Below, one piece after another: positions 47,086-56,399 of a stretch of 64,000 nt of DNA. Below the pieces are notes generated by a model. The model ran no database searches. It saw only the letters and a program-made list of their open reading frames with translations, and had not been told where the DNA came from. This DNA comes from a virus. Lineage: Duplodnaviria > Heunggongvirae > Uroviricota > Caudoviricetes. Each line of letters starts with the position of its first letter. Position 1 is the stretch's first letter. The stretch spans positions 42,710-106,709 of the IMG/VR virus record IMGVR_UViG_3300031772_000004. The stretch is one strand, 5' to 3'. Made by a program: the position numbers and the translations under genes.

Positions 47086-48690
47086 ATGATTAATTTAAAT
47101 GTTAAATGGAGCGAGCCATGCAAAATAAAAACAAAGTATGGTGAGCAATATCGAAGAGAATGGTTAATACCTGCGGGGTATCGTTCTATTTTTTTTGATT
47201 ATTGGCGTTTCAATTCTTTTAAATTAAAAGATAAGGGTTATGGGGTTTATAAGAAAGATAAAGATTGGTTTTTGACAGAAAGCAAAGTTGCACTGCATCA
47301 TTTTGAAGAATATAAAGATACGGCACCATCCTTAGAAGAATCTGATTTTATCTTGTTACCAAAAGATGTTAAAGATGTAACGGGATTAAGACCTTGGCAA
47401 ATTAATTCAGTTGGTAAAATATGTGCTGCATTAGAAAAGTGGGATTGTGCTATAGATGGTTCTGATTTAGGAATTGGCAAGACATATATTGCTTGTGCAG
47501 TTGCGCGTGAGCTAAATATGGATATTCTTGTGGTTTGTCCCAAAGCGGTAATGGAAACATGGCGCAGAGTAGTTTGTAATCATTTTAAAATGAAGAGTAA
47601 GTTGAAAGGAATTATTAACTATGAAATGCTTCGAATAGGCAAAGCAGAATCGGATATTGCCTCTTACATTAAAAACAAAAAGACCCATAAAGAAGAATTT
47701 ATTTGGAAAATACCCAAAGAGACATTAATTATTTGGGATGAAAGCCAAAAATTAAAAGGTAGTAATACTCAGAATAGTAAAACTTGTTTGCATGCTTTAA
47801 AACAAGAATATAAAATGTTATTTTGTAGTGCAACTAATGCCACAAATCCTTTGGAACTAAGAACGGTGGGAATGTGTTTACAATTGTTTAAAAATGGAAA
47901 GCAATACTATCAATGGTTATATTCTCATGGAGTTGATCGGGGTAGATTTGGATTACAATTTAACAATAGCAAAGATGTATTGAAAAAATTACATAAAGAT
48001 ATATTTATTGATAGGGGTGTTCGACTTACAAGAGATACCATTCCTAATTTTCCCGAAAGTGAAATTATTGCCGAATGTTATAATATGGAAGAAGAATCCA
48101 CCAAACAAATTAATGCTCACTATGATGAAATGTATAAAGAGCTTGCGAAGCTTAAAAGAAAAGAAAAATCCGATAAGGCAAGTGAATTAACTGCAATTTT
48201 GCGGGCACGACAGAAGATAGAATTGGTTAAAGTACCATTATTTATAGATATGATAGAAGAAGGTTTAGAAAATGGTATGAGTGTAGTAGTATTTGTTAAT
48301 TTTACAGAAACCATCAATGCACTTGCAAAAAGATTGAATACAAATTGTATAGTTAATGGTTTAGTGTCAGATGTTAAACGCATACAAAATGTTGATAATT
48401 TTCAAGATGACAAAGAACGCGTTATTCTTGTAAATATACAGGCCGGCGGTTCTGGACTTAGTTTACATGATATTAATGGAAAATATCCACGCCTTAGTTT
48501 GTTATCACCCAGCTATAGTGCAATATGTATGCGGCAAGCAACAGGTAGAGTTTGGCGTGACAGTGCAAAAAGTAAAAGTGTTCAAAAAATTGTATTTGTT
48601 GCTGATACTGTTGAGGAAAAAGTTTGTGAATCTGTAAATGCTAAATTAAAAAATTTAGATTTGTTAAATGACGGAGATTTATCTTTATGA
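47086..48690 (+). CDS. SNF2-like superfamily 2 helicase
   Basis: LRPWQ (Q-motif). DGSDLGIGKTYIA (motif I). IIWDESQKLKG (motif II). CSATNATN (motif III). GGSGLSLHD and RQATGRVWR (motifs V/VI). Confidence 0.65.
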   Translation: MINLNVKWSEPCKIKTKYGEQYRREWLIPAGYRSIFFDYWRFNSFKLKDKGYGVYKKDKDWFLTESKVALHHFEEYKDTAPSLEESDFILLPKDVKDVTGLRPWQINSVGKICAALEKWDCAIDGSDLGIGKTYIACAVARELNMDILVVCPKAVMETWRRVVCNHFKMKSKLKGIINYEMLRIGKAESDIASYIKNKKTHKEEFIWKIPKETLIIWDESQKLKGSNTQNSKTCLHALKQEYKMLFCSATNATNPLELRTVGMCLQLFKNGKQYYQWLYSHGVDRGRFGLQFNNSKDVLKKLHKDIFIDRGVRLTRDTIPNFPESEIIAECYNMEEESTKQINAHYDEMYKELAKLKRKEKSDKASELTAILRARQKIELVKVPLFIDMIEEGLENGMSVVVFVNFTETINALAKRLNTNCIVNGLVSDVKRIQNVDNFQDDKERVILVNIQAGGSGLSLHDINGKYPRLSLLSPSYSAICMRQATGRVWRDSAKSKSVQKIVFVADTVEEKVCESVNAKLKNLDLLNDGDLSL

Positions 48691-49064
48691 AGAAAAACCC
48701 AATAAAAAAGATTGATAAAGTAGCCACTAACATAGCGGTTATTAAATTAATGAATGATACATATGAAGTAGAATTGAATGTATTGCAGCCAGATGATGAT
48801 ATTCTATTAGAAGCGTGTACTAGACTATTAGAAAACCATATAAAAAATAATAATTTAAATGTATCTCCGTTTATGGAAGCTAAATTAAAAAACGAAGAAG
48901 AAACGCATTTATACAATACATATAAAGTATTAATAAATGGCGCATTCCACAAATATGCTGAAAATTTGCGTACGTCATTTTTGCATGTATGGAATGTTGA
49001 TTTAAGTCAAGAACCAATTAGATCAAAAGAAATATGGAAAACGAAAACCAAGACGCTTTATTAA
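48687..49064 (+). CDS. hypothetical protein
   Basis: 125-aa ORF, ATGA-coupled to the helicase. Confidence 0.3.
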   Translation: MKKNPIKKIDKVATNIAVIKLMNDTYEVELNVLQPDDDILLEACTRLLENHIKNNNLNVSPFMEAKLKNEEETHLYNTYKVLINGAFHKYAENLRTSFLHVWNVDLSQEPIRSKEIWKTKTKTLY

Positions 49065-49753
49065 AACAATTATTAAAGCAGGTATCAGAATTATCAGGAA
49101 AAGTGCAAGAATTGGAAACTCTGAAAAGAGATTTACCAACATCTGCCCAACTGTACCAACAACTTAATCCTCAATCTGGTTCTTTATTTAACATTTCACC
49201 ATTTCCAGAAAAGCTAAAACGGGGAAGAGGTTCAAGGCCGCCATTAGAATCGGATATTTTAGCTGCTCAAGATAAATCCCGAAGTGCTTCGGAAACTGCT
49301 AGAACTTTAAATATTTGTTATACAACATATAAAAAGTATGCGAAACTATATGGGGTCTTTGAGAAGAAAATCAACAAAACAGCTAAAGGAATACCAAAGA
49401 CACCAAATCCAAATAAAGGAAAATATCCTTTAAATGACATACTTGCTGGAAAATACCCAGATTATCCCATTTTTCGTCTAAAAGATAAATTAATAAGAGC
49501 AAAAACAAAACCAATGGCTTGTGAGCAATGTGGATTCTGTGAACGAAGAATAACCGATGGGAAAATACCATTATTATTAGTATTTGAGGATGGAAACAGC
49601 AAAAACCACAAATTAGAGAATATGAAATTGTTTTGTTATAATTGTTCATTTACTTCGGGTAAAATTTGGTCTAGATTTACTGATAGAAGCAAATGGTTGA
49701 ACAATCCTGATAGAATTTTAGGAGCATCAAGAGACACGAAACAGATTTGTTAA
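49034..49753 (+). CDS. putative DNA-binding protein with HTH and HNH-like Zn finger
   Basis: HTH-like ILAAQDKSRSASETARTLNICYTTYKKYAK. C-terminal CEQCGFC...DGNSKNHKLENMKLFCYNC (CxxC...NH...N...CxxC). Confidence 0.35.
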   Translation: MENENQDALLKQLLKQVSELSGKVQELETLKRDLPTSAQLYQQLNPQSGSLFNISPFPEKLKRGRGSRPPLESDILAAQDKSRSASETARTLNICYTTYKKYAKLYGVFEKKINKTAKGIPKTPNPNKGKYPLNDILAGKYPDYPIFRLKDKLIRAKTKPMACEQCGFCERRITDGKIPLLLVFEDGNSKNHKLENMKLFCYNCSFTSGKIWSRFTDRSKWLNNPDRILGASRDTKQIC

Positions 49754-49769
49754 TGATATTTATTGCATC

Positions 49770-50279
49770 ATGAATAACAAAATAACACATTTATTAAATT
49801 CAATGGAAATCTTGGATACATTCAATATTTCAAAAAAGGTTTCCAATACGGACATAACCAAATTGAAAAATAAAATGATTGGTGATTGTTCTACACGATT
49901 TGAGTTGCAAGAATTATTAAAAGAAGAATTGATTAATGAAACAGATAAATATCTGCAAACGCATTACATTCCTGGTTTATTAACACCTAATAAAGGTCCA
50001 AATCGACCAAATAATCAGCCATCAAGGCCTACACAAAAGCCAAAGAAGCGGATTAATGTAAAAAGTGAAAAATTTGTAAGAGTTAAATTCAATGCTGAAA
50101 ACTTAGCAAAAACATTAAATGAAAATAAATTAGATAAAGAAGAAATGTTGTTTTTTGTTATATCTTTGGTGAATATGTTAGAATTAAGTGAGGATGATTT
50201 TGATGCGTTTCATAAAAAAATGGAGAGCGACGACGACTTTGAAGAAATGGACGACGACGACTCTCAACAAATTAAATAA
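49770..50279 (+). CDS. hypothetical protein with Pro-rich linker and acidic C-terminal tail
   Basis: PNKGPNRPNNQPSRPTQKPKKR then ESDDDFEEMDDDDSQQIK. Confidence 0.3.
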   Translation: MNNKITHLLNSMEILDTFNISKKVSNTDITKLKNKMIGDCSTRFELQELLKEELINETDKYLQTHYIPGLLTPNKGPNRPNNQPSRPTQKPKKRINVKSEKFVRVKFNAENLAKTLNENKLDKEEMLFFVISLVNMLELSEDDFDAFHKKMESDDDFEEMDDDDSQQIK

Positions 50280-50295
50280 AAACAAAAGAGGTTAT

Positions 50296-51459
50296 ATGAA
50301 AAATGTGTTACTTACACAGCAAATTATTTCTGTGTGCAAAAAACAAAATAAACCTGTTGTATTCATAACAGGCGTAACAGGTCAGGATGGTAGTTATATG
50401 GTAGATTACTTATTAAAGAATTATCCAGACAGATTCTTAATAGTTTGTGGAGTAAGGCGTAATAGTTCTTTAAATGATATAAACATAAAGCATGTTTCTG
50501 ATAAAGATTATTTTTTGACATATTTTGACCTAACTGATTCTGGTAATATAAATTCGCTAATAGAAAATATTAAACCTGCTTATTTTATAAATTTTGGCGG
50601 CCAAAGTTTTGTCGGAACCAGTTGGGATTTAGCAAAGCAAACATTTGAAACAAACGCAATTTCAATGATTTCCATATTGGATGCAATAAGAAAATATTCA
50701 CCGACTACAAAATTTTATCAGGCGGGAAGTTCAGAAGAATTTGGAAATGTAGAATATAGTCCACAAGATGAAAAACACCCATTAAAACCACGCAGTCCTT
50801 ATGGAGCAAGTAAAGCCGCAGCACGATTATTGCTAAAAACTTACAGAGAAAGTTACAATTTATATGCGGTTGCTGGTTGGTTGTTTAATCACGAATCGGA
50901 ACGGCGTGGACCTGAATTTGTTACTAGAAAAATAACAATAGGTGTAGCAAAAATTGATAAAGATATAAAAGCGGGCAATACCATCACCACCATTAAACTT
51001 GGAAATATAAACACCCAAAGAGACTGGTCACACGCTGAAGATATGGTAGATGGTGTCTGGAGAATGTTAAATCAAGAAGTATATAATAAAGAACTGGGTT
51101 GGATTGGAGAATTTGATGGAATTGAAACTTTAATTTATGATGCATCTAAACACATCAAAGATTATGTTCTTGGTAGTGGTGAAACACATACAATTAAAGA
51201 ATTTGTAAAATTAGCATTTCAAGCAGCAGGTTATCTTGGAAATTGGCATGAATTTACAGAGGGAGAAGAAGTATTTGTGTTAGCAAGTAATGATATGATT
51301 GTAGTGGAAGTTGATAAAAAATTATATCGTCCTGCCGAAGTAAATCATCTAATTGCTGATAACACTTTAGCAAAAGAAGAATTGAGATGGAAGCCACAAG
51401 TTTCATTTAAAGAATTAGTAAGTAGAATGGTTATTAACGATATAAACCTTATAAAATAA
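50296..51459 (+). CDS. gmd: GDP-mannose 4,6-dehydratase
   Basis: VVFITGVTGQDGSYMVDYLL (GMD signature GxTGQDGSYL). SDR catalytic YGASKAA. The start moved to ATG 50296, behind SD AAAAGAGG. Confidence 0.8.
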   Translation: MKNVLLTQQIISVCKKQNKPVVFITGVTGQDGSYMVDYLLKNYPDRFLIVCGVRRNSSLNDINIKHVSDKDYFLTYFDLTDSGNINSLIENIKPAYFINFGGQSFVGTSWDLAKQTFETNAISMISILDAIRKYSPTTKFYQAGSSEEFGNVEYSPQDEKHPLKPRSPYGASKAAARLLLKTYRESYNLYAVAGWLFNHESERRGPEFVTRKITIGVAKIDKDIKAGNTITTIKLGNINTQRDWSHAEDMVDGVWRMLNQEVYNKELGWIGEFDGIETLIYDASKHIKDYVLGSGETHTIKEFVKLAFQAAGYLGNWHEFTEGEEVFVLASNDMIVVEVDKKLYRPAEVNHLIADNTLAKEELRWKPQVSFKELVSRMVINDINLIK

Positions 51460-51512
51460 GGAAAATTTACCACAACCATAATATATATTTGTAGAAAGAT
51501 AAGGAAAAAATT

Positions 51513-52091
51513 ATGAAAAAAATGATGTTACTAGTTGCAATTTGTATAATAATGTTTTCAAGTGTTATTATGGCCGATACAAATTCTCCAGAAGTTGTTG
51601 CAAGTACCAATACCACCGATACTGCCAAAATAGCTGTGCCAGGCCTTGGTGATTTATTTAAGATATATTTTGATTTGGCTTTAGACTACATCGCAACAAA
51701 TGGAGTTATGAGCGTTGGTTATGGTATAAGTGCGGATTCACACATACACGGTACATTAGTATCTACATCTTTAAAGCTTGATCAACTATCATTTAATATA
51801 CATAAAACATTAGTAACGCCTGGAATAGAAAACGGTGTATTATTTAATAGTAAGCCGGGTGGAGTTGATTATCATTTAGTGGGTGTTAATGTGTTAATAC
51901 ATTGGTTTCGAGCACCACCATGGGTTGAAACTCTTCAAAGTAAACCGGTTCTTAAATCTGTAATATTTCCTAAATTTAGTGAATGGTATTTTCAACCAAG
52001 TGCTGACTATCCTTCCGATAAATTTGTAAATGGACAATTTTATTCTAAATATATTATTATTGGTATAAAAGGCGGGTGGAAATTTAACTAA
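51513..52091 (+). CDS. secreted hypothetical protein
   Basis: Signal peptide MKKMMLLVAICIIMFSSVIMADT. Confidence 0.4.
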   Translation: MKKMMLLVAICIIMFSSVIMADTNSPEVVASTNTTDTAKIAVPGLGDLFKIYFDLALDYIATNGVMSVGYGISADSHIHGTLVSTSLKLDQLSFNIHKTLVTPGIENGVLFNSKPGGVDYHLVGVNVLIHWFRAPPWVETLQSKPVLKSVIFPKFSEWYFQPSADYPSDKFVNGQFYSKYIIIGIKGGWKFN

Positions 52092-52092
52092 A

Positions 52093-52587
52093 ATGTTATT
52101 ATCTGAAATACATCCGAGACAATGCGATATAGTGTTTGTGCATTCTTACCACATACCAAGCGCGACAGTTCGGTGGTGGACAAATAGTTTATTTGACCAT
52201 GTTGAGATTGTCGTGGATGATGCTACATCAATTGGTTCAAGGCCAAGGGGAGGCGTACAAATACATCCTTTTTCTGTTTTTGATAATAGAAAAATATGCG
52301 ATTGGACTTTAATGCGTTATAGTGGAAATTTGAGTAAAAATACAAAGAATGGTATTATTAATTTTGCAAAATCTCAGATTGGTAAACCCTATGATTGGTA
52401 TGGAATTTTAGGCATTGCTATTAAGAAAAACATAGAAAAAGAAAGCGAATGGTTTTGTAGTGAATTTGTAAATACTGCATTTTTCAAGAATAATGTAACT
52501 CTAATACCAAGAAAATCATCAGGCTTTGTTGTACCAGAATTATTATATCAATCCCTTGCTTTAGACCTAATATACACTACATTTTAA
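52093..52587 (+). CDS. possible permuted papain-like (NlpC/P60-YiiX/C92-type) amidase
   Basis: N-terminal CDIVFVHSYH...HVEIVVDD (His region) precedes the C-terminal WFCSEFV (Cys), a permuted order as in the YaeF/YiiX family. Weak. Confidence 0.3.
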   Translation: MLLSEIHPRQCDIVFVHSYHIPSATVRWWTNSLFDHVEIVVDDATSIGSRPRGGVQIHPFSVFDNRKICDWTLMRYSGNLSKNTKNGIINFAKSQIGKPYDWYGILGIAIKKNIEKESEWFCSEFVNTAFFKNNVTLIPRKSSGFVVPELLYQSLALDLIYTTF

Positions 52588-52647
52588 TAGGCATCTTACA
52601 AATAAAATGTTATATTCAAAAATATTAACTATTTATATGTATAACAT

Positions 52648-54597
52648 ATGTCATTAAAAATAAGCGAGTTTACCGACCAAGATATTTCAGGAAGTTCCGA
52701 CTATATTCCATTTGTGCGTTACGATAGTGGTTCTTCTTGCTTTCAAAGTTCAAACTACAGAACATTAGTATCAAAAATTACTGCTTCTTATGCTTTAACT
52801 AGTTCGTTTTCGATAAGCGGAGGCGATATAGATGTAATAATAGATGGACAAGGCATCTGCTCAACTCTGCGTACTGGTAGCGGAAATTCTTCTATAGGCG
52901 ATTATTCAGCAGTACTCGCCGGACAAGGAAATACCAGTGATGGAATGAATTCATCAGTATTAGGCGGCCGAGACAATCATGCTGATGGTTGTTATTCTAC
53001 ATTAGGTGGTGGATGGAATAATAGTGTTGTTGGTTGTTTTTCAACAGTAAGCGGTGGTTATCAAAACACAGGTAGTTCCGATTTTTCAACAATAAGTGGT
53101 GGTTATTGTAATCGCATTTGTGCTGGTGCAAATCTATCAACATTGGGCGGCGGCTATAATAATGTTATTAATGGTCAATATTCAACGATAGCTGGTGGGC
53201 GCCAAAATGTTATTTCAAATCAGGATGGAACAATTGGCGGCGGTAAAAGTAATACTGTCAGCAATTTTTATGGAACGATAGGTGGTGGAACGGGTAATAC
53301 AGTTTCCAATCGTTATTCTGTAATTGCTGGAGGTTGTAATAATAATACCGATGGGCAATTAAACTTTATTGGTGGAGGATTTAATAATCTCATACTAACT
53401 TCTAGTCTTTCCGTTATCGGCACAGGATGTAATAATGTTATAGATGCGGATACTGGTTGTTATAATGGAATTTTGGGTGGTTTTAATAATTGTATTCTTA
53501 ATAGTTGCAATACATTCATTATTGGAAGTGGTATAACCGCAAATGCTATCAGTGATTTTACTCTCTTCAATAATATATGTGTTTGTGGTATAGCATGTGG
53601 CTCAGGTTTTAATGCGGTAACTGTAAATTGTGGTAGTAACAGTATTATGATGCCCGGTTCAGGCACCAATTCTACTTTAAGAGATTGTAGTGGTAATGAA
53701 GTTACAGGCGATTATAGTTCAACTTTAAGTGGTCGGTATAATAAAGCATGTTCTAATTGTGCTACGATTGCCGGCGGCCAATATAATTGCACATGTGGTA
53801 CAAGTCTTGACGCAGTAATTGGTGGTGGTTGGAACAATGTTATATCTAATGGTTCGGGAAGTGGAATATTTGGTGGTAATAACAATTTAATATCAGGAAA
53901 TACTGACACATTCATTATTGGTAGTAATTTAACTTCTAATGCTAATTGCACTACTTATATGAATAATTTAGTTGTTGCCGGTAATATAAGTGCATCAGGA
54001 GCATTCACAGCATCAGGTGTATTCGGAACGGCATCTTATGCATCCAACGCAATAACCGCATCATATGCAACAACCTCATCATATTCAGTACATTCAGCAA
54101 CCGCAAGCTATTTTGATATATCAACATATAATACTCTTTATACAAAAGTATTAAATTCAACACAAGATAGTCCTTCTGGGGTATTTTGTTATCCAACAGA
54201 TTTAAGACACACTTTGCCTTCTGCAGGAACATATATTATAGATGGTATAATTTATTATTATCAATATACTGCTGGAGGAGATGGTACATTTACATTTTAT
54301 CCTAGCGCAAATATTACAAGTGGTAATTTTTATCTTGGCGGTTATAAAACCGACGATGGAAATTCTGCTTACCATGCAGGAGCCGGTGTCACTACACAAG
54401 TAAAAGATTCATTGTTTTTTGATACTGCAGGTGTTCAAATAAAATTTGCAGTAAATACCACCGATGTAAGTTCTGTATTACGTGCAACAGTAAGAGTATC
54501 TGCACCGACAACGATGTGCTTTGGCTTTAGAGGCGATGCATCTAATTGTTTAACTTTGTGCTGTAATAGTTATATAGGATTCCAAAAAATCGCTTAA
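52648..54597 (+). CDS. tail fibre / fibre-like protein with beta-helical 15-residue repeats
   Basis: At least 12 tandem repeats of about 15 aa, pattern S-T-[IL]-x-G-G-x-x-N-x-[VI] (for example STLGGGYNNVINGQY, STIAGGRQNVISNQDG, TIGGGKSNTVSNFYG). Ser/Thr/Ala/Tyr-rich C-terminus. Confidence 0.5.
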   Translation: MSLKISEFTDQDISGSSDYIPFVRYDSGSSCFQSSNYRTLVSKITASYALTSSFSISGGDIDVIIDGQGICSTLRTGSGNSSIGDYSAVLAGQGNTSDGMNSSVLGGRDNHADGCYSTLGGGWNNSVVGCFSTVSGGYQNTGSSDFSTISGGYCNRICAGANLSTLGGGYNNVINGQYSTIAGGRQNVISNQDGTIGGGKSNTVSNFYGTIGGGTGNTVSNRYSVIAGGCNNNTDGQLNFIGGGFNNLILTSSLSVIGTGCNNVIDADTGCYNGILGGFNNCILNSCNTFIIGSGITANAISDFTLFNNICVCGIACGSGFNAVTVNCGSNSIMMPGSGTNSTLRDCSGNEVTGDYSSTLSGRYNKACSNCATIAGGQYNCTCGTSLDAVIGGGWNNVISNGSGSGIFGGNNNLISGNTDTFIIGSNLTSNANCTTYMNNLVVAGNISASGAFTASGVFGTASYASNAITASYATTSSYSVHSATASYFDISTYNTLYTKVLNSTQDSPSGVFCYPTDLRHTLPSAGTYIIDGIIYYYQYTAGGDGTFTFYPSANITSGNFYLGGYKTDDGNSAYHAGAGVTTQVKDSLFFDTAGVQIKFAVNTTDVSSVLRATVRVSAPTTMCFGFRGDASNCLTLCCNSYIGFQKIA

Positions 54598-54612
54598 TAT
54601 ATAAGGAAAAAT

Positions 54613-54984
54613 ATGCCAATAATTTCAACAAATCCAGTAACAGTAGCGGCCACTGTCGAAAAAACATATAATATTATATGGTATGATAATATTAACATTC
54701 AAGCATTCGATAAGGGCGTTGGAGGTAAGACGCGAGCAAGTATTACTCTAAGTAAAGTGATGCAAAATCCAGATGGCAGCTATGAAACTGCTCCACGACA
54801 TCCACCTAAATCAGGCGGAACTATGATTATAGATGATGTAGATACATTAGTGAAAGAATTTGAAGCACTCCCTATAACTTTTATAATTGACGAGAAAGGT
54901 AATAAATTAACAGGATTTCAAGCGGTTGTAGCTGCACTTTTAGCAGTCATTAAAATAAAAGCAGAAAAAGAAGGTATTATTTAA
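54613..54984 (+). CDS. hypothetical protein (paralog pair member 1)
   Basis: Shares an FDNI-x-QxF N-terminal motif, a KSGGT core and an amphipathic C-terminus (AEKEGII) with 55010..55396. Confidence 0.4.
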   Translation: MPIISTNPVTVAATVEKTYNIIWYDNINIQAFDKGVGGKTRASITLSKVMQNPDGSYETAPRHPPKSGGTMIIDDVDTLVKEFEALPITFIIDEKGNKLTGFQAVVAALLAVIKIKAEKEGII

Positions 54985-55009
54985 ACAAAAACAAAGGAAT
55001 TAAAAATAT

Positions 55010-55396
55010 ATGCATATTACATCTTCAACTGAAACAATCGTCGAAGCAATGTCTGAGATGTGTTACTCTGATATTTGGTTTGATAATATAAGTTTTCAAG
55101 GATTCAATCCAGTGTCGGCTGATACGACTAGAATTGTCGCAACTGTATCTAAAATCTGTTGCTGCGATGACTTGGGTGGTTCTATAACAGGTAGTTATCC
55201 TGTTTGCCCACACAATATGGCAAAATCGGGGGGAACAATTGTTATTCCAAATGTAACTGACCTGATTAACAAATACACTGCTTTGTCTGCATCATTTTAT
55301 GTTAATGAGAATACAACTCTAATGGGATTTGAAGCAGTTATAGAAGCACTATTAACAGTACTTAAAACTGAAGCGGAAGCGGAAAATATTATTTAA
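55010..55396 (+). CDS. hypothetical protein (paralog pair member 2)
   Basis: Paralog of 54613..54984 (WFDNISFQGF, KSGGTIVIP, ...EAEAENII). Followed by a terminator. Confidence 0.4.
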   Translation: MHITSSTETIVEAMSEMCYSDIWFDNISFQGFNPVSADTTRIVATVSKICCCDDLGGSITGSYPVCPHNMAKSGGTIVIPNVTDLINKYTALSASFYVNENTTLMGFEAVIEALLTVLKTEAEAENII

Positions 55397-55417
55397 GCAA
55401 AGTGGGCCGATGCACAA

Positions 55418-55454
55418 AAAGCCGCTTTAAGAAATTAAAGCGGCTTTTCTTTTT
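55418..55454. terminator. bidirectional rho-independent terminator
   Basis: Perfect 11-bp stem AAAGCCGCTTT (55418-28) pairing with AAAGCGGCTTT (55437-47). 8-nt loop. T-run downstream and A-run upstream. Sits between convergent gene blocks. Confidence 0.8.
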
Positions 55455-55462
55455 ATCACTAA

Positions 55463-56122
55463 TTATTTATCTTTCATAAACAATTCCCAATCGCGGTGCT
55501 TTGCGTCAACAATTAATTTATACATCGGCATCGGTGATGGTGCAATAGGCTCACGAATCAACTTATAGCCGATTTCATTGTTTAGTTTATTGCCCTTTTT
55601 GGTATTCAATGTTTTATCACACAATACAATATTTCTCCAATCATCCGTTGAACCACCTCGTGAGACTGGTATAACGTGGTCAAGACTTGCATTGTCTTTG
55701 TGCAACTTTTTACCAGTATATTGGTCAATGCCTTGGTCACGATGCCAAACAGTCGATTTGGTTGGCTTCTTATTAAACTTCTTAATAGGCATTTTTGCAT
55801 AGTTTACCGAAACGATTACTGTTGGTACACGAATTTTGCTGTTGGGTGTACTAATAAATAAATCCCATGAACGCACAGGCAATTTAATCCATTCTGTCCA
55901 TGTGACAGGATTTACAAGTAATGGTTGTTTCTTTAAATCAGGATTTCCAGCTGCGTCCAATTCGTATTCAATATCCAAAGCCAAATCAGTTGGTTTACCA
56001 TCACCATTAAACGCACCTGACCCGCAGAGTGCAATAACCGCATCTTTAACGGTCTTTTTGCCAACTCTCTTCCATTGGTTGTTTAGACACAAACACAATT
56101 CTTTATTTGCAATATTACTCAT
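55463..56122 (-). CDS. HNH endonuclease (free-standing homing-endonuclease-like)
   Basis: C-terminal DHVIPVSRGGSTDDWRNIVLCDKTLNTKKGN (HNH motif). Confidence 0.6.
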   Translation of the reverse strand: MSNIANKELCLCLNNQWKRVGKKTVKDAVIALCGSGAFNGDGKPTDLALDIEYELDAAGNPDLKKQPLLVNPVTWTEWIKLPVRSWDLFISTPNSKIRVPTVIVSVNYAKMPIKKFNKKPTKSTVWHRDQGIDQYTGKKLHKDNASLDHVIPVSRGGSTDDWRNIVLCDKTLNTKKGNKLNNEIGYKLIREPIAPSPMPMYKLIVDAKHRDWELFMKDK

Positions 56123-56168
56123 AACTTTATAATAATACCGACTTTTATAAAAAAGTCAAGAGGTATTT

Positions 56169-56396
56169 TTAACGATAGACATAAGTAGTTTTTATACTAC
56201 CTTTTATGGCTTTTGGGGGTTTTTCGGATGGGATAGACCAATTAATAGCCTCCCAGTTATCTTTAAAATTGTCACTCCAGATGTTTCTAGGGCTGTCACC
56301 CTTCCCAGCCGTACTTTTGGGTGTACCAGCCTTATTTTGGGTTATAGGCGGCTCTGGGGTTGTCGATTTTATTGGTGGTGGTATAAATTCTTTCAT
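56169..56396 (-). CDS. hypothetical protein
   Basis: 75-aa Pro-rich ORF. Confidence 0.25.
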   Translation of the reverse strand: MKEFIPPPIKSTTPEPPITQNKAGTPKSTAGKGDSPRNIWSDNFKDNWEAINWSIPSEKPPKAIKGSIKTTYVYR

Positions 56397-56399
56397 ATG

